Source: Alphaproteobacteria bacterium | GTDB lineage: Bacteria > Pseudomonadota > Alphaproteobacteria > Caedimonadales > UBA9215 | DNA length: 64,000 nt | Direction: 5' to 3' | Assembly (NCBI GenBank): GCA_965204765.1 | Contig: CBDBFG010000003.1 | Coordinates: 33,412 to 97,411 of the forward strand | Part shown: piece after piece, positions 1 to 12,300 of the stretch | Numbering within the stretch: the stretch's first letter is position 1 | Layout of the letters: each line of letters starts with the position of its first letter | Position numbers and translations under genes: made by a program | The notes under the pieces: generated by a model | Told to the model about the DNA's origin: nothing | Database searches by the model: none | The model's input: the letters and a program-made list of their open reading frames with translations, nothing else

Positions 1-1452
1 ATTTTCAAAATCAGTTATATATTTTTTATTTACTTCGTACCTATGTCTATGTCGTTCAATAATATTATCAGCTTTATACACATTATGCGCTAAAGTACCT
101 TTGCCAAGGATACAATCATATCCACCAAGACGCATAGTACCGCCAATGTCTTGCGCATCATTTCTTGTCTCATCAACACCGTTCTTAACCCATTTAGTCA
201 TCAGGTGCACAACTGGTTCGGCTTTATTATCAAACTCTGTAGAGTTAGCATTTCGCATCTCCAGGACATTACGAGCAAATTCAATAACGGCTAACTGCAT
301 ACCTAAGCATATACCTAAAAATGGTATGTTATTTTCGCGAGCATACTGTATAGCATACATTTTACCTTTGATCCCTCGTTCTCCATAGCCACCAGGAATT
401 AATATACCACCCATACCACGCAAAATATTAGGCACCTCATTAAATTGCTCTAAGGTCTCAGCATTAATCCAATTTATATGCACATGTAACTGATTCGCTA
501 TACCCGCATGTGATAAGGCTTCTTCCAAAGACTTATAAGCATCTTTTAATTCAGTATATTTACCAATGACAGCTATCTCGATCTTATCCTTAGGATTTTT
601 TACTTTATGCACAATATCATGCCACTGTTTCAGATTTGGTTTCGTAGTAGGCAAACTAAAATACTGACATACTTGTGTATCTAATCCCTTTTCTGCATAT
701 GAAATCGGTACCTCATATATCGATGACACATCCAACGCCTCGATTACTCGAGCAAAGGGAATATTACAAAATAAAGATAATTTTGTACGAGCATCTTCTG
801 GAATAGGCACCTCTGAGCGGCACAATAAAATATCCGGCTGTATACCCATACTTTGTAATTCTTTTACTGAATGCTGAGTTGGCTTTGTTTTTATTTCCTT
901 GGCACACTTGATAAACGGCACTAACGTTAAATGTAAGAATAAGACGTTACTGCGTCCAAAATCATTAGCAAACTGACGAATTGTTTCTATAAATGGTAAA
1001 CTTTCAATGTCACCTACTGTACCACCTATTTCACAAATTAAAAAATCAGTATCCTGATCAACGTCAGCAATAATACGCTGTTTAATCTCGTTTGTAATGT
1101 GAGGAATAACCTGTACAGTCGCACCAAGATATTCTCCCTTGCGCTCTTTTGCTAAAACATTGGAATAAATTTGACCCGTTGATACTGCGTCTGTCTTTCT
1201 AGTATAGACATTGGTAAATCTTTCATAGTGCCCTAAATCAAGATCTGTTTCCGCACCATCTTCGGTCACAAATACTTCACCATGTTGAAAAGGGCTCATA
1301 GTCCCTGGATCAATATTCAGATACGGTTCAAATTTTTTAATTCTTATCTTGTACCCTCGTGCCTCTAACAAAGCGCCAAGACTACCCGCGGCTACTCCTT
1401 TTCCTAGCGAAGAAAGCACACCACCAGTAACGAATACTACACGAAAAGACAT
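1..1452 (-). CDS. pyrG: CTP synthase, N-terminal 484 codons (3' end runs off the window)
   Basis: Minus-strand ATG at 1452. Translation begins MSFRVVFVTGGVLSSLGKGVAAGSLGALLEARGYKIRIKKFEPYLNIDPGTMSPFQHGEVFVTEDGAETDLDLGHYERF, the canonical PyrG N-terminus. The frame is open to position 1, so it is missing from the ORF track. Confidence 0.9.
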   Translation of the reverse strand, partial: MSFRVVFVTGGVLSSLGKGVAAGSLGALLEARGYKIRIKKFEPYLNIDPGTMSPFQHGEVFVTEDGAETDLDLGHYERFTNVYTRKTDAVSTGQIYSNVLAKERKGEYLGATVQVIPHITNEIKQRIIADVDQDTDFLICEIGGTVGDIESLPFIETIRQFANDFGRSNVLFLHLTLVPFIKCAKEIKTKPTQHSVKELQSMGIQPDILLCRSEVPIPEDARTKLSLFCNIPFARVIEALDVSSIYEVPISYAEKGLDTQVCQYFSLPTTKPNLKQWHDIVHKVKNPKDKIEIAVIGKYTELKDAYKSLEEALSHAGIANQLHVHINWINAETLEQFNEVPNILRGMGGILIPGGYGERGIKGKMYAIQYARENNIPFLGICLGMQLAVIEFARNVLEMRNANSTEFDNKAEPVVHLMTKWVKNGVDETRNDAQDIGGTMRLGGYDCILGKGTLAHNVYKADNIIERHRHRYEVNKKYITDFEN

Positions 1453-1782
1453 GACAAAACCTACAAATTAACAATAAAAACTTAAATCGCCGTTACATTC
1501 ATCAATCACAATAACAAACACTACATCAAAAGATGCATGCAAACCTTTTACAAATCTGACATGTTAGTGCTATCACCTCAGATTTTATGATTTATAACAC
1601 AGTAATTTTACAACCCATATATAACATAATCTTCCTGAACTACACAACTCTTACCAATGCTATCCAAAAAGAATCACAGTAACCACACAATTTAATAACT
1701 TAATGACAACATCACCTAGCTACTAAAAGCATATTGATACGAAAACAAATATAACAGTGATAGAGAACAAAAAGATAAAATA

Positions 1783-2067
1783 TTACTTCTTGTTTTTAGC
1801 AACATCTGCCTGATTTGTACCAGATAGAATAGAACCAGACTTGCGTATCCCTTTAAAATTAATCGCCAATATTAAAGTCGATATAAAAAATAAAGTCGCT
1901 AAAACAGCAGTAATTCTTGTCAATAGGTTGGCACTACCTCTGGCATTCATAAAACCATTGCCGCCACCTATGCCCAAGGCACCACCATCGCTTTTTTGCA
2001 ATAACACAAACAATATAAGTAATATTACTATAAAAATATGAAAACCTAACAAAACAGTGGTAAACAT
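1783..2067 (-). CDS. secG: preprotein translocase subunit SecG
   Basis: 94 aa with two TM segments and the glycine-rich loop LLQKSDGGALGIGGGNGFMNARG typical of SecG. The secG-pyrG adjacency is common. Confidence 0.85.
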   Translation of the reverse strand: MFTTVLLGFHIFIVILLILFVLLQKSDGGALGIGGGNGFMNARGSANLLTRITAVLATLFFISTLILAINFKGIRKSGSILSGTNQADVAKNKK

Positions 2068-2177
2068 AACAACCTCTTCAAATTAAAATTACTACACATA
2101 TATACCTAAACGCACCAAAAGACAATATATTCCATAGCATTGTGTCTGATGGTAATCCCTATAGAACACGCAAAATC

Positions 2178-3827
2178 CTAAGATGCAAAATACTTCTTAT
2201 TCACCACTACATTATATTTGCTACGCAAATAATTGTGGTATAATCCAACTATATCTGACTTTACCAAATTATTTAGAATATTCTTAAATTCTTTTGTCTC
2301 TTGATTATTGAGTTTCTGTGGATACTCCACATGAGCAACCTTGACGAATAAGAAACTATCCACGTCACCTTGATCAATAGAAGATAATTTATCTACTTTA
2401 CTTTTATTCTTCTTTAAACGCACAGGAACAACCGTATTACCATTTCTGTCCAGCATAAACAATCTCGATAAGCTAGAATGTGGAATATCATAAACCGCAG
2501 AATCTATTATCTCGTCACGCTTTGCCTTAAAACTAGTCAAACTCAATTTGTTTAAGGACGCAGTAGTAAGAAAGCTATTCTTATTGTTACTCAAATCATT
2601 CTGTAATCTAGTCACCATCTCTTTTACAGCAACCATTTTTTGTTTATGCACATATGCTTTTTTAACATTGTGCATTGCTTCATCAAAATTCATTTGTTTG
2701 GGCTTCACGACATCATGTACGTACACTATAAAAAACAAGTTCTTGCTTATTTTTGATTCTTCTGCAGTAGTTAGTTGCTCGGTTTCTGCTTGAAATGCGA
2801 ATTTAGTAATTTCTTGGTCAATCCCTTGCATTGAGGCCTCAAGAAGACTGATAGATTTAAAACTCTTAAAACGAAACTTATGCTCTTTGGCAATATCACT
2901 CAAGGTATCACCATCTTCAAACTTGCTGAAAATAATATTGGATTTTTCCGTAACAATTTCTAATCTTTTCTCTTGTAGCAGTTTATCCTTTATAATCTTT
3001 TTGGCTTCCGCACTAGAAAAGTTTTTATATTTCGTATTCTTCTCAATTTTATATATTGCGTCCACATCACGTGGCGAAACAGTAACTTTTGCTTTATTAA
3101 GATCCAATATTACCGCATCAAAGGTTCTACGCTCAGAATCAATGAATTGCCTTGTATTCTTGCCATAATACTCTCGCAATTCTTCTCTAGATGGTGATTT
3201 ATTATAGTTTAACTTGTTTGCATCTATCACCATTGCTTCAAAAGTACGCATTTGATTTTGCCATTGAAAAACTGGCTTCACAGCGATTGATGGCAACACT
3301 ATTTGTCCAGTTAAAGCAGATATAACCCTAGATCGCAAAATATCTCTTTTTAAGTAACTCACATAATCTTTTTCAGATACGAAACCCATATTGCGAATAA
3401 AACGATCAAAAACTTCCTTGGAAAAATCTCCCTTAGAATCCAAAAATATTGCTTGTTTCTTGATAAAATTCACTACATAGTCGTCACTGACTGCTATCTT
3501 AAATTGTTCGGCCTCTAGTGCTATCAAAGAATCATTGATTAATTTTTCCAGAACTTCACGATCAAACCCCATCTCTACGGCTTGCTTAAAAGAAATGTCC
3601 TGGCCTGTTTTTACTTTTAAACTCAATAATGAACGGCCAAGCTCTTTACGTAGTTCTTGAATTGAAATTTTTCTGTTACCGACATTGGCTACGGTCATAT
3701 CTCTTGACATACCAATCATCCGCAAACCGTCTTGCCCACCCCACAAAAACACAAAACTCAGCGCTAGTAACAAAAATAAAATCTTCGCAACAATACCGGA
3801 ACTAGCTTTACGTATTCTTTCAATCAT
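2178..3827 (-). CDS. ppiD: periplasmic chaperone / peptidyl-prolyl isomerase D-like (SurA N-terminal domain protein)
   Basis: 549 aa with an N-terminal membrane anchor (GIVAKILFLLLALSFVFLWG) and a long chaperone-like body, matching PpiD family architecture. Confidence 0.65.
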   Translation of the reverse strand: MIERIRKASSGIVAKILFLLLALSFVFLWGGQDGLRMIGMSRDMTVANVGNRKISIQELRKELGRSLLSLKVKTGQDISFKQAVEMGFDREVLEKLINDSLIALEAEQFKIAVSDDYVVNFIKKQAIFLDSKGDFSKEVFDRFIRNMGFVSEKDYVSYLKRDILRSRVISALTGQIVLPSIAVKPVFQWQNQMRTFEAMVIDANKLNYNKSPSREELREYYGKNTRQFIDSERRTFDAVILDLNKAKVTVSPRDVDAIYKIEKNTKYKNFSSAEAKKIIKDKLLQEKRLEIVTEKSNIIFSKFEDGDTLSDIAKEHKFRFKSFKSISLLEASMQGIDQEITKFAFQAETEQLTTAEESKISKNLFFIVYVHDVVKPKQMNFDEAMHNVKKAYVHKQKMVAVKEMVTRLQNDLSNNKNSFLTTASLNKLSLTSFKAKRDEIIDSAVYDIPHSSLSRLFMLDRNGNTVVPVRLKKNKSKVDKLSSIDQGDVDSFLFVKVAHVEYPQKLNNQETKEFKNILNNLVKSDIVGLYHNYLRSKYNVVVNKKYFAS

Positions 3828-3965
3828 CTTTTAATTCTATTTTACTTTTCCACAACGAATTTACGTGATTGCCCTGCACATAACACGATTGACTAACATA
3901 TCGATTGATACTACCCTAAAACTTGATTTATAACAAAGACTATTTACAAAAAAAGAGTAAAATTT

Positions 3966-4763
3966 ATGTTGCAGCTCATAGATAGCCATTGCCACCTTAA
4001 TTACTACGCCTCCGCTCAAGAACTTGATACAGTTATAAAAAGGGCACAAACCAACGGAATAAAACATATAATTAATATCTGCACCAAACTAGACGAAGCA
4101 GACAAAGTAACAGATATAGCGGACCAATATAATGACATCTTTGCTAGTGTAGGCATTCACCCCAATGAAGCCAAAACAGCATCAGCCGAGCAAACACCGG
4201 AACAATTATATGAATGGTTGATACAGTGGTGCAAACACCAAAAAGTAATTGCTATTGGGGAAACAGGATTAGACTATCATTACCAATATAGTGCACGTAC
4301 TACGCAACTAGAATCATTTAAAATCCATATTCAAGCTGCAAAAACAACTGGTTTGCCACTGGTAATTCATACAAGATCTGCTGCGGAAGACACTATCAAC
4401 ACATTAAAACAAGAACAAGGCAATATCACCGGTGTTATTCATTGCTTTAGCGAGACTAAATGGCTAGCTGACAATGCAATGGACTTGGGTTTTTATATCT
4501 CGATACCTGGAATTATAACTTTTAAGAAGTCTGATGATTTGCGCAAAATAGTTGCAACTATTCCATTAGAAAGACTATTACTTGAAACAGACGCCCCTTT
4601 TCTTGCCCCTGTTCCATATCGTGGCAAACAAAATGAACCAGCATATATGATCAAAACTGCAGAACTGCTAGCAGAGTTAAAAAATGTATCCTTAACAGAT
4701 ATTGCAAAAGTTACGACTGCAAATTGCCAGAAACTTTTTCAAAAAGGTAAATTTTATGAATAA
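3966..4763 (+). CDS. tatD: TatD-family metal-dependent DNase/hydrolase
   Basis: 265 aa with the N-terminal LIDSHCHLN motif, [20 protein letters not shown] and [11 protein letters not shown] motifs. Confidence 0.85.
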   Translation: MLQLIDSHCHLNYYASAQELDTVIKRAQTNGIKHIINICTKLDEADKVTDIADQYNDIFASVGIHPNEAKTASAEQTPEQLYEWLIQWCKHQKVIAIGETGLDYHYQYSARTTQLESFKIHIQAAKTTGLPLVIHTRSAAEDTINTLKQEQGNITGVIHCFSETKWLADNAMDLGFYISIPGIITFKKSDDLRKIVATIPLERLLLETDAPFLAPVPYRGKQNEPAYMIKTAELLAELKNVSLTDIAKVTTANCQKLFQKGKFYE

Positions 4764-7383
4764 CGCGTACGATGCAATGACTCCGATGATGCAACAATAC
4801 CACAACATCAAGGAACAACACCAAGATTGCGTATTATTCTATAGGATGGGTGATTTTTACGAATTGTTTTTTGAAGATGCAATTAAGGTTGCCAAAGCAT
4901 TAGATATCACTCTGACTAAACGAGGCAAAACCAACGGCCAAGACATACCCATGTGTGGCGTGCCATTTCATGCTTATGAAAACTACTTGGCCAGATTGGT
5001 AAAACAAGGATACAAGGTTGCAATTTGTGAACAAACTGAATCACCGCAACAAGCAAAAAAACGTGGACATAAGGCCGTAGTAAATAGAGAAGTGGTCAGA
5101 ATTGTAACCCCTGGCACCTTAACAGAAGAACATTTATTGGACTCGAAAAAACATAACTTTCTGGCCTTGATATGTGATGATGAAACAACAAAGACCAAAC
5201 GCTTAAGCTTTGCCGTAATTGATATTTCTACGGGAGAATTTTATGTTGAATCTTGTGACTATGAACAGTTGTCCACATTGATATCACGATCAAACCCCAG
5301 TGAAATGGTAATTCCAGAACGAATTCTAAATAACACAGAGCTATATGAAATTTTCAAAGAGCATAAAAAATATTTAACTATTTTACCGAATAGCAGATTT
5401 GACACTAAAAACTCTTCATCGCGTTTACAAGAACACTATCAAGTTAAAACATTAGATGGCTTTGGTTCATTTTCATCTAATGAGATAATGGCCGCAAGTA
5501 GTTTACTTGATTATGTACAACTAACCCAAAAAGGGGAAATGCCGCGTTTAACCACTCTGCAACGATTTATCCAGGGTGACTGTGTTAACATTGATGCATC
5601 CACCAGAAGAAATCTGGAATTAATTAAAACTTTATCAGGTGAATCTCAAGGATCATTACTAAATGCTATTGACCACACTTCTACCGCCAGTGGTGGAAGA
5701 TTGTTATCTTTACACCTATCCTCACCCATGTGTGATAAAGAGTTAATCGAAAAACGACTAGATAAAATAGAATTTTTCATTAATAACTCCAGCATTAGAA
5801 ATAAAATCTTTACTTTACTAAATGACTGTCCAGATATTGAAAGATCTATCAGTAGATTATGCGTAGGCCGAGGAGGACCAAGAGACTTAGCCGCTATACT
5901 ACAGGGTTTGACAGCTGCACAAAATATTAAAACTATCTTGGCTAACAGTAGCGATATAGCTATTAAGACCGCCAACAATAGAATAAGCGACCAACAAGCC
6001 ATTATTGACATCTTACGACAAGCTCTAAATATAGATAAACTACCATTACTTGCACGGGATGGAGGGTTTATTAAAGTCGGCTATTGCCAAGAATTAGACG
6101 AAATCATTAACATACGCGACCAAGGAAAATCTTTTATTATTGCCTTGCAAGATAAATATAGAAAAGAGCACAATATTCCTTCGTTGAAAATTAAGCATAA
6201 TAACGTATTAGGGTACTATATAGACGTTACTAATACCCATATAGATAAAGTACCGTATGATTTCATTCATCGCCAAACCATGCCTAATTCCACCAGATAC
6301 AGCACGGTAGAGTTAAATGAACTAGCACAGAAATTGTATAATGCTACCGAACAAACCACCCTTATAGAACTAAAGATATATGATGAGCTTGTTAATATTG
6401 TAATTGATAACAACGAAGAAATAGCCAGAATATGCCAAACTATCTCTGAAATTGACGTTGGAATATCACATAGTATCCTGGCCGTAGATTATAACTATTG
6501 CCGACCTATAATTACTGCTGATTTAGCAATGAACATCCAAGATGGCCGTCATCCAGTAGTAGAAAACTCTCTTCATGCACAAGAGAATGAACCATTTATT
6601 GCTAATGATTGCACTATTACTAATAACAATATTATTCTACTAACCGGACCTAATATGGCGGGGAAAAGTACTTTCTTGCGCCAGAATGCTCTAATAATAA
6701 TTCTAGCGCAAATTGGCTGTTATGTACCTGCCACCTCTGCCACCATTGGCATAGTCGATAAATTATTCTCACGGGTAGGAGCTTCGGATAATCTATCAAA
6801 AGGCCACTCTACTTTTATGATAGAAATGATTGAAACCGCATTAATTCTGAATCAAGCTACAGAAAAATCTTTCGTCATCTTAGATGAGGTTGGACGCGGA
6901 ACTTCTACTCATGACGGATTATCCATAGCTTGGGCTACTTTAGAGTATATTCATTCAACTATTAAATGTCGTACCTTATTTGCTACACACTATCATGAAT
7001 TAACCGAACTTGATCAGGAACTAAAACATCTTAAATGCTATACTATGCAAATAAAAGAATGGCAAGATAAAGCCATTTTCCTTCATAAAGTAGTTAAGGG
7101 TAATGCCGCAAAGTCGTATGGTATATATGTCGCAAAATTGGCTGGTATTCCGCAACAAGTTATCAACAGAGCAAATAATATATTACAAAATTTAGAACAA
7201 CTACAACCACCAACTAACGATAATTGGTCACTGTTTGACAATGATAATATGACGGAATCGACCATAACTAACGATACTATCCATACTAAAATAGTGGAGA
7301 AATTAAATACAATTTCTGTTGATGATCTATCACCACGAGAATCATTAGAATTAATGTATGAACTAAAAAGAATGATCTCGTGA
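4756..7383 (+). CDS. mutS: DNA mismatch repair protein MutS
   Basis: [35 protein letters not shown]-terminus, Walker [21 protein letters not shown] and DEVGRGTS motifs. I prefer the ATG at 4756 ([15 protein letters not shown]) over the ORF-track start at 4702; it overlaps the tatD stop by 8 nt. Confidence 0.95.
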   Translation: MNNAYDAMTPMMQQYHNIKEQHQDCVLFYRMGDFYELFFEDAIKVAKALDITLTKRGKTNGQDIPMCGVPFHAYENYLARLVKQGYKVAICEQTESPQQAKKRGHKAVVNREVVRIVTPGTLTEEHLLDSKKHNFLALICDDETTKTKRLSFAVIDISTGEFYVESCDYEQLSTLISRSNPSEMVIPERILNNTELYEIFKEHKKYLTILPNSRFDTKNSSSRLQEHYQVKTLDGFGSFSSNEIMAASSLLDYVQLTQKGEMPRLTTLQRFIQGDCVNIDASTRRNLELIKTLSGESQGSLLNAIDHTSTASGGRLLSLHLSSPMCDKELIEKRLDKIEFFINNSSIRNKIFTLLNDCPDIERSISRLCVGRGGPRDLAAILQGLTAAQNIKTILANSSDIAIKTANNRISDQQAIIDILRQALNIDKLPLLARDGGFIKVGYCQELDEIINIRDQGKSFIIALQDKYRKEHNIPSLKIKHNNVLGYYIDVTNTHIDKVPYDFIHRQTMPNSTRYSTVELNELAQKLYNATEQTTLIELKIYDELVNIVIDNNEEIARICQTISEIDVGISHSILAVDYNYCRPIITADLAMNIQDGRHPVVENSLHAQENEPFIANDCTITNNNIILLTGPNMAGKSTFLRQNALIIILAQIGCYVPATSATIGIVDKLFSRVGASDNLSKGHSTFMIEMIETALILNQATEKSFVILDEVGRGTSTHDGLSIAWATLEYIHSTIKCRTLFATHYHELTELDQELKHLKCYTMQIKEWQDKAIFLHKVVKGNAAKSYGIYVAKLAGIPQQVINRANNILQNLEQLQPPTNDNWSLFDNDNMTESTITNDTIHTKIVEKLNTISVDDLSPRESLELMYELKRMIS

Positions 7384-7605
7384 CTCAATGCACTTATCAG
7401 ATGCTATAATTTAACTTCACGATATCATATTCTAATTCAATTAGGCTACAGGCATCTAAAGAGCAAAACAGCCTATTAATCCTGGCCAATATATAACATC
7501 AGCAGTAAGTATTTATACCTACGGCAATATATATTAAACTTTGCCAAACCAATACTTGGACCATAAATCACATTAGAGTTAAAAACACACTAGGAGTGAA
7601 GCAAG

Positions 7606-8160
7606 CTACAATCGTTTGATTAACAATTTATAGCTGCAGCGAAAATAGCTATAACCGCTGATTAAAGTTAAAAATGCTGCTACCCAAATACCTTTTAAGC
7701 CAATATCGTGCAATGGTACATTTGGTATTGAATCACCAGCAACTAAAAAACCTATACTAAACATCTGTATCGCAGTCTTCCACTTTGCGATTCTAGATAC
7801 GGGTACATTAACATTTTGCTGTCCCAAAAACTCCCGCAACCCAGAAACTAAAATTTCTCTGCACACTATCACTACGCAAGGAATTAGATAAACACCAGAT
7901 ACCTTATTAAAACCGGCAAGCATGATAATAGTAGAAGCAACCAACAATTTATCAGCTAGAGGATCCAGAAAAGTGCCAAATGCGCTTACCCCTGTGGCTC
8001 TTGCCACCAGACCATCAAAATAGTCGGTTAAACAAGCAATAGCGAATAGTATAGCTGCCACAAGAAAACCAATTGGTTGATCAAAATAGAATAACCATGC
8101 TATTACGGGTATTAGCAATATTCTAATCATGGTTAATATATTCGCAAAATTACTTATCAT
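7606..8160 (-). CDS. pgsA: CDP-diacylglycerol--glycerol-3-phosphate 3-phosphatidyltransferase
   Basis: 184 aa membrane protein with the CDP-alcohol phosphatidyltransferase motif DYFDGLVAR...G..LDPLADK. Confidence 0.9.
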   Translation of the reverse strand: MISNFANILTMIRILLIPVIAWLFYFDQPIGFLVAAILFAIACLTDYFDGLVARATGVSAFGTFLDPLADKLLVASTIIMLAGFNKVSGVYLIPCVVIVCREILVSGLREFLGQQNVNVPVSRIAKWKTAIQMFSIGFLVAGDSIPNVPLHDIGLKGIWVAAFLTLISGYSYFRCSYKLLIKRL

Positions 8161-8165
8161 TATTC

Positions 8166-9968
8166 CTATTGCTCGTGTATATAATTGTATATTACGTGCG
8201 CTAATTTTTTACTGACACCACGTACTTGTTGGATATCATAAATACTTGCTGCCTTTAATGCAATAACTGATCCAAAATATTCCAGTATTTTTTGCTTTCT
8301 GACCTTGCCCACACCAGGTATCGAATCAAATACAGACTTTAATTGCCGTTTGTTACGTTTAGCACGGTGAAAAGTAATAGCAAATCGATGCGCTTCATCT
8401 CGTAAACTTTGCAAATAGTACAATAATTTACGATCGGCAATCTTAAAACCATGCGGTTTATCTCTAGTAAAAAAAACTTCATTACCTGCAAATCTTTCTT
8501 TACCCTTGGCAATCGACAAAACTGGTACTTGTACATTGTGTTGTTCTAATACTGCTGTTACAGCACTATGCTGCCCTTTACCACCATCAATTAAAAATAA
8601 ATCTGGTAAAGTATCGTGCTGAATACGACGCTCTAATGCTTCACGCATTACAGCATAATCATCATTATGTTTAATGTTGGTTGATTTCACGCTATATTTT
8701 CTATACGATTTTTTTTCAAATCCTTGCTCCCCTGCAACAATCATTGCACTTACCGCATCACTACCCTGAATATGGCTATTATCAAATACATCTATCCTTT
8801 TAATTTGCTTAATATTAAGTAATTGCGCCAAATTTTGTAATATTTCTATATCACTGATATCATTATCCAAATGAATATTAGCATTCTTATAGGCATTATC
8901 TATGATGCGCTTTTTCTTACCTTGTTTGGGACATTTAATCGATACTTTAACATTACTATATTTTTGCAAAGCATCACCCAAAGATTCCGGCATATCGATA
9001 TTAAGATAAATATCTTTTGTAACCTTGGTACTCATATAGAATTGTAAAATAAAACTATTAAATACTTCGATATCATCCTGTAAAGCAATATCACTAAAAA
9101 CAAAATTATGCGAAACGTAATTGCGATAATCTTTATAGAATACACCGCGTATACAAATCTTTTCTCCTATCCGGGCAAAGGCAAAAAAATCTGCTTCTTT
9201 TATATCACTAGTGTTAATATTTTGTTTAGTTTGGGTATACGCAATCGCATTAATCATATCACGCATTTTTGCAGCTGCTTCATAATTTTGCTGTGCGCTT
9301 TCTTTGTGCATACGAGTAATTAAAATATTTTTTACCTTTTCACTTTTTCCTTGTAAAAATAATTTCGCATTCTTGATGGAATCATTGTAATTATCACTCG
9401 TTACAAATGACACACAAGGGGCACTACAACGCTTAATATGATATTGCAAGCATGGCCTTTTCCTAGTTTTAAAATAGTGGTCGGTACAATTTCGTATTTT
9501 AAATATTTTTTGTACTGTTTTGATATAAGATTCAACATAATTTGCCGAAATAAATGGCCCAAACACCTGGGCATTTTTTACATTATCTGGCGCAATATTT
9601 CTTGTTTTATAAATCCTGGGGTATAAATGATCGGACAATATTATATGACTAAAAAACTTATCATCTTTTAATCTAATATTATATTTTGGCTGTTTACTAC
9701 GTATTAAATTCGCCTCTAATAAGAAAGCCTCTACTTCAGAGTTGGTCACAATAAAATCTATATGATCTATTTCATTAACCATACGTTGTAATCTAATAGA
9801 TAGATTCTTTATTATAGTGTAACTATTGACTCTTGCTTTAAGATTAATAGCCTTGCCAATATAAATTACGTCGCCATTATGATTGATCATTTGATAAATC
9901 CCCGGTTCACTGGGAAATGTAGCGATAGATTTTTTTAAACTAGATAACCTGTGTACAAGATTCATCAA
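8166..9968 (-). CDS. uvrC: excinuclease ABC subunit C
   Basis: 600 aa with an N-terminal GIY-YIG (PGIYQMINHNGDVIYIGKAINLKARV), a UvrBC domain, an RNase H-like endonuclease domain and a C-terminal HhH. Confidence 0.95.
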   Translation of the reverse strand: MMNLVHRLSSLKKSIATFPSEPGIYQMINHNGDVIYIGKAINLKARVNSYTIIKNLSIRLQRMVNEIDHIDFIVTNSEVEAFLLEANLIRSKQPKYNIRLKDDKFFSHIILSDHLYPRIYKTRNIAPDNVKNAQVFGPFISANYVESYIKTVQKIFKIRNCTDHYFKTRKRPCLQYHIKRCSAPCVSFVTSDNYNDSIKNAKLFLQGKSEKVKNILITRMHKESAQQNYEAAAKMRDMINAIAYTQTKQNINTSDIKEADFFAFARIGEKICIRGVFYKDYRNYVSHNFVFSDIALQDDIEVFNSFILQFYMSTKVTKDIYLNIDMPESLGDALQKYSNVKVSIKCPKQGKKKRIIDNAYKNANIHLDNDISDIEILQNLAQLLNIKQIKRIDVFDNSHIQGSDAVSAMIVAGEQGFEKKSYRKYSVKSTNIKHNDDYAVMREALERRIQHDTLPDLFLIDGGKGQHSAVTAVLEQHNVQVPVLSIAKGKERFAGNEVFFTRDKPHGFKIADRKLLYYLQSLRDEAHRFAITFHRAKRNKRQLKSVFDSIPGVGKVRKQKILEYFGSVIALKAASIYDIQQVRGVSKKLAHVIYNYIHEQ

Positions 9969-9976
9969 TAATTAGC

Positions 9977-10420
9977 TCACGTGCAATTATATAATTTTTG
10001 TACCCTGCGCGCATGCTGCCCGGCTAGAAATTGCGTATTTAAGAACTTTTCCATTATATTTAAAGCTTGATCTGCGCTTAACATGCGACTTCCTAAACAT
10101 AAAACATTACAATCATTATGTGATCTTGATAATTGCACAAGTTTTATATCCTCGGAATATACCAATACTCCACGAATCCAATCGAATCTGTTTACTGCTA
10201 TACTCATTCCTACCCCAGAACCACAAATCAATATACCGCAAGAATCATCTTGGTTTTTCATTTTATTGGCTAAAGCATATGAGTAATCAGGATAATCAAC
10301 AGATTCCACACTCTCACAACCGCAATCCGTTATAGTATAATTTAATCCTTGCAAGTAATTGATTAATATTAATTTTAACTCATAACCTGCATGATCATTA
10401 GCAATATAAATTTTCTTCAT
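9977..10420 (-). CDS. rpiB: ribose-5-phosphate isomerase B
   Basis: MKKIYIANDHAGYELK...GILICGSGVGMSIAVNR...HNDCNVLCLG are RpiB/LacAB motifs. The start is taken at the internal Met (10420), not the ORF-track 10438. Confidence 0.9.
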   Translation of the reverse strand: MKKIYIANDHAGYELKLILINYLQGLNYTITDCGCESVESVDYPDYSYALANKMKNQDDSCGILICGSGVGMSIAVNRFDWIRGVLVYSEDIKLVQLSRSHNDCNVLCLGSRMLSADQALNIMEKFLNTQFLAGQHARRVQKLYNCT

Positions 10421-10619
10421 CCAATTTCGCCCTATCATTTAATAGCACTATAACGCAATACTGGTAATTACAAAATCCTAATATATTACGACAAACAAGC
10501 ACAATAGATGAAGTAAGAAACCAGTAATTGTTAACAGGATACGGAACAGCTCTAAGTCCCAATTTAACAGCGTATAGCAGAAAATAAATAGACAAGATAA
10601 CCCAATAGAGTGTAAAAAA

Positions 10620-10696
10620 TGGCGGGAGTGACGGGACTCGAACCCGCGACCTCTGGCGTGACAGGCAAGCGCTCTAACCAGCTGAGCTACACCCCC
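10620..10696 (-). tRNA. tRNA-Asp (anticodon GTC)
   Basis: Reverse complement reads GGGGGTGTAGCTCAGCTGGTTAGAGCGCTTGCCTGTCACGCCAGAGGTCGCGGGTTCGAGTCCCGTCACTCCCGCCA. It has a 7 bp acceptor stem, a D arm, the anticodon loop CTGTCAC, a TTCGAGT T-loop and an encoded CCA. There is one T/C mismatch in the anticodon stem. Confidence 0.9.
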
Positions 10697-10944
10697 CATT
10701 AATTCTTTAAAGCATATGGACAAAGTCTATAATCTAAACCGTACTCACACACAATGAAAAATCTGTAATATGATTACTCTAGTTTTTCTTTACAGTCAAG
10801 CAATAGTTACAGTTTTTATTAATCTCTGCAAGACAAACATTTGGCACATCCAAAGCAACATGACCACATAGCCGCACTAAATCTTATTAAGTTTATAAAG
10901 CAGACCAACACTCAAGTATTACCGACCTTATAAATAAAAAATTT

Positions 10945-12300
10945 CTATTTCTTTTTACGCAGATAAGTAGGAATATCATGCACATCTGCCATCTCTTCAT
11001 CAACCACACTAGCATCATTGACGATTTTACCCACATCATGCACTTCTGGTGTCTGCTCTGTGACAACTTCGTCATTTTTACCAGACAGTGTTTCAAAAAA
11101 CCTACTGAAAAAACCTTTTTTCTTTGCTAACTTGTCCGCATCGTCATTGGCATGTTCTGGCTTATCATTATCACCAAATTCATACATCTCACTACTAGCA
11201 GAATCACTATACGATACCCCAGATTGCAAACCATCATCTGCGTTAAGAGCACCAGCATCGGAATATAACTGTTTTTTAGCGTTTGCTCCTTTTGCCAGCC
11301 CTTTTTTAACTGATTCTGAATCTATACCAGTAGCAACAACAGATACACGTAAGTTACCTTGCATACTTTCATCAAATGTCGATCCAAAAATAATATTAGT
11401 TTCAGTAGTTAAATCGGCATCGACTTCTTCTCTAATGCGATTCGCCGCTTCATCTACCTCGAAAAGAGTCATATCAAGACCACCAGTAATGTTAATTAAC
11501 ACACCCTTGGCACCACGCATTGAAACATCATCTAACAACGGGTTGGCTATAGCAGCTTCAGCAGCAGCAATTGCTCTATTCTCTCCAGACGCTTCCCCAG
11601 TGCCCATCATAGCTTTACCCATCTCAGTCATTACCGTCCTAATATCAGCAAAGTCCAAATTAACTAGTCCAGGCATAACCATCAGGTCCGTCACTCCACG
11701 AACACCAGAATATAAAACATCATCAGCTAATTTAAAGGCGTCTTTAAAAGTTGTTTTTTCATTGGAAATTCTAAATAAGTTTTGGTTAGGAATAATAATT
11801 AGAGTATCAACATGTTGTTCCATTTCTTTGATACCACTAATAGCGGTACGTGTGCGATGTGGACCTTCAAAATTAAACGGCTTAGTCACCACCCCAACAG
11901 TTAAAATCCCCAATTCTCTTGCCGCTTGTGCTATTACGGGCGCCGCACCTGTACCAGTACCTCCACCCATACCAGCAGTAATAAATACCATATTACTACC
12001 TTTGATATGCCTGATGATCATATCCTTGCTCTCTTCAGCTGATGCTCTACCAACTTCTGGATGAGATCCAGCGCCAAGTCCTTGTGTAATTTCTAATCCT
12101 AGTTGAATTTTTTTATCTTCTGGAACTAAAGACTGTGTTAAATGTTGCGCATCAGTATTACAGGCAAGATAACCCACACCCTGTAAATTATAACGTATCA
12201 TATTATTGACAGCATTATTACCCGCACCACCAACACCGATTACTGTAATTTTTGGCCCTAATTCTCCATTAGTGACCGTATCTAAGGACTTTTTTTCCAT
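10945..12300 (-). CDS. ftsZ: cell division GTPase FtsZ
   Basis: [13 protein letters not shown], the tubulin signature [13 protein letters not shown], a long disordered linker and the C-terminal peptide [10 protein letters not shown]. Confidence 0.97.
   Translation of the reverse strand: MEKKSLDTVTNGELGPKITVIGVGGAGNNAVNNMIRYNLQGVGYLACNTDAQHLTQSLVPEDKKIQLGLEITQGLGAGSHPEVGRASAEESKDMIIRHIKGSNMVFITAGMGGGTGTGAAPVIAQAARELGILTVGVVTKPFNFEGPHRTRTAISGIKEMEQHVDTLIIIPNQNLFRISNEKTTFKDAFKLADDVLYSGVRGVTDLMVMPGLVNLDFADIRTVMTEMGKAMMGTGEASGENRAIAAAEAAIANPLLDDVSMRGAKGVLINITGGLDMTLFEVDEAANRIREEVDADLTTETNIIFGSTFDESMQGNLRVSVVATGIDSESVKKGLAKGANAKKQLYSDAGALNADDGLQSGVSYSDSASSEMYEFGDNDKPEHANDDADKLAKKKGFFSRFFETLSGKNDEVVTEQTPEVHDVGKIVNDASVVDEEMADVHDIPTYLRKKK

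Noticed and set aside
4702-4755. Upstream start for mutS at 4702
   Set aside because: The 18 extra residues overlap the tatD 3' end and are not MutS-like. Conserved MutS sequence begins right after the Met at 4756.
10478-10723. 81 aa ORF overlapping the tRNA-Asp gene
   Set aside because: The GVAQLVRALACHARGRGFESRH stretch is simply the tRNA sequence translated, a classic false ORF.
10842-10857. Sigma-54-like promoter TGGCAC-N5-AAGCA on the plus strand
   Set aside because: GG/GC spacing is correct, but the -12 element is AAGCA rather than TTGCA. It also points into the antisense of ftsZ with no plus-strand gene downstream, so it is most likely a chance match.
11018-12064. 348 aa ORF on the plus strand, fully antisense to ftsZ
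   Set aside because: The protein is low-complexity and Ser/Pro/Ala-rich with no motifs. It lies entirely within the strongly supported ftsZ CDS. Long antisense ORFs are a known by-product of codon bias in conserved genes.
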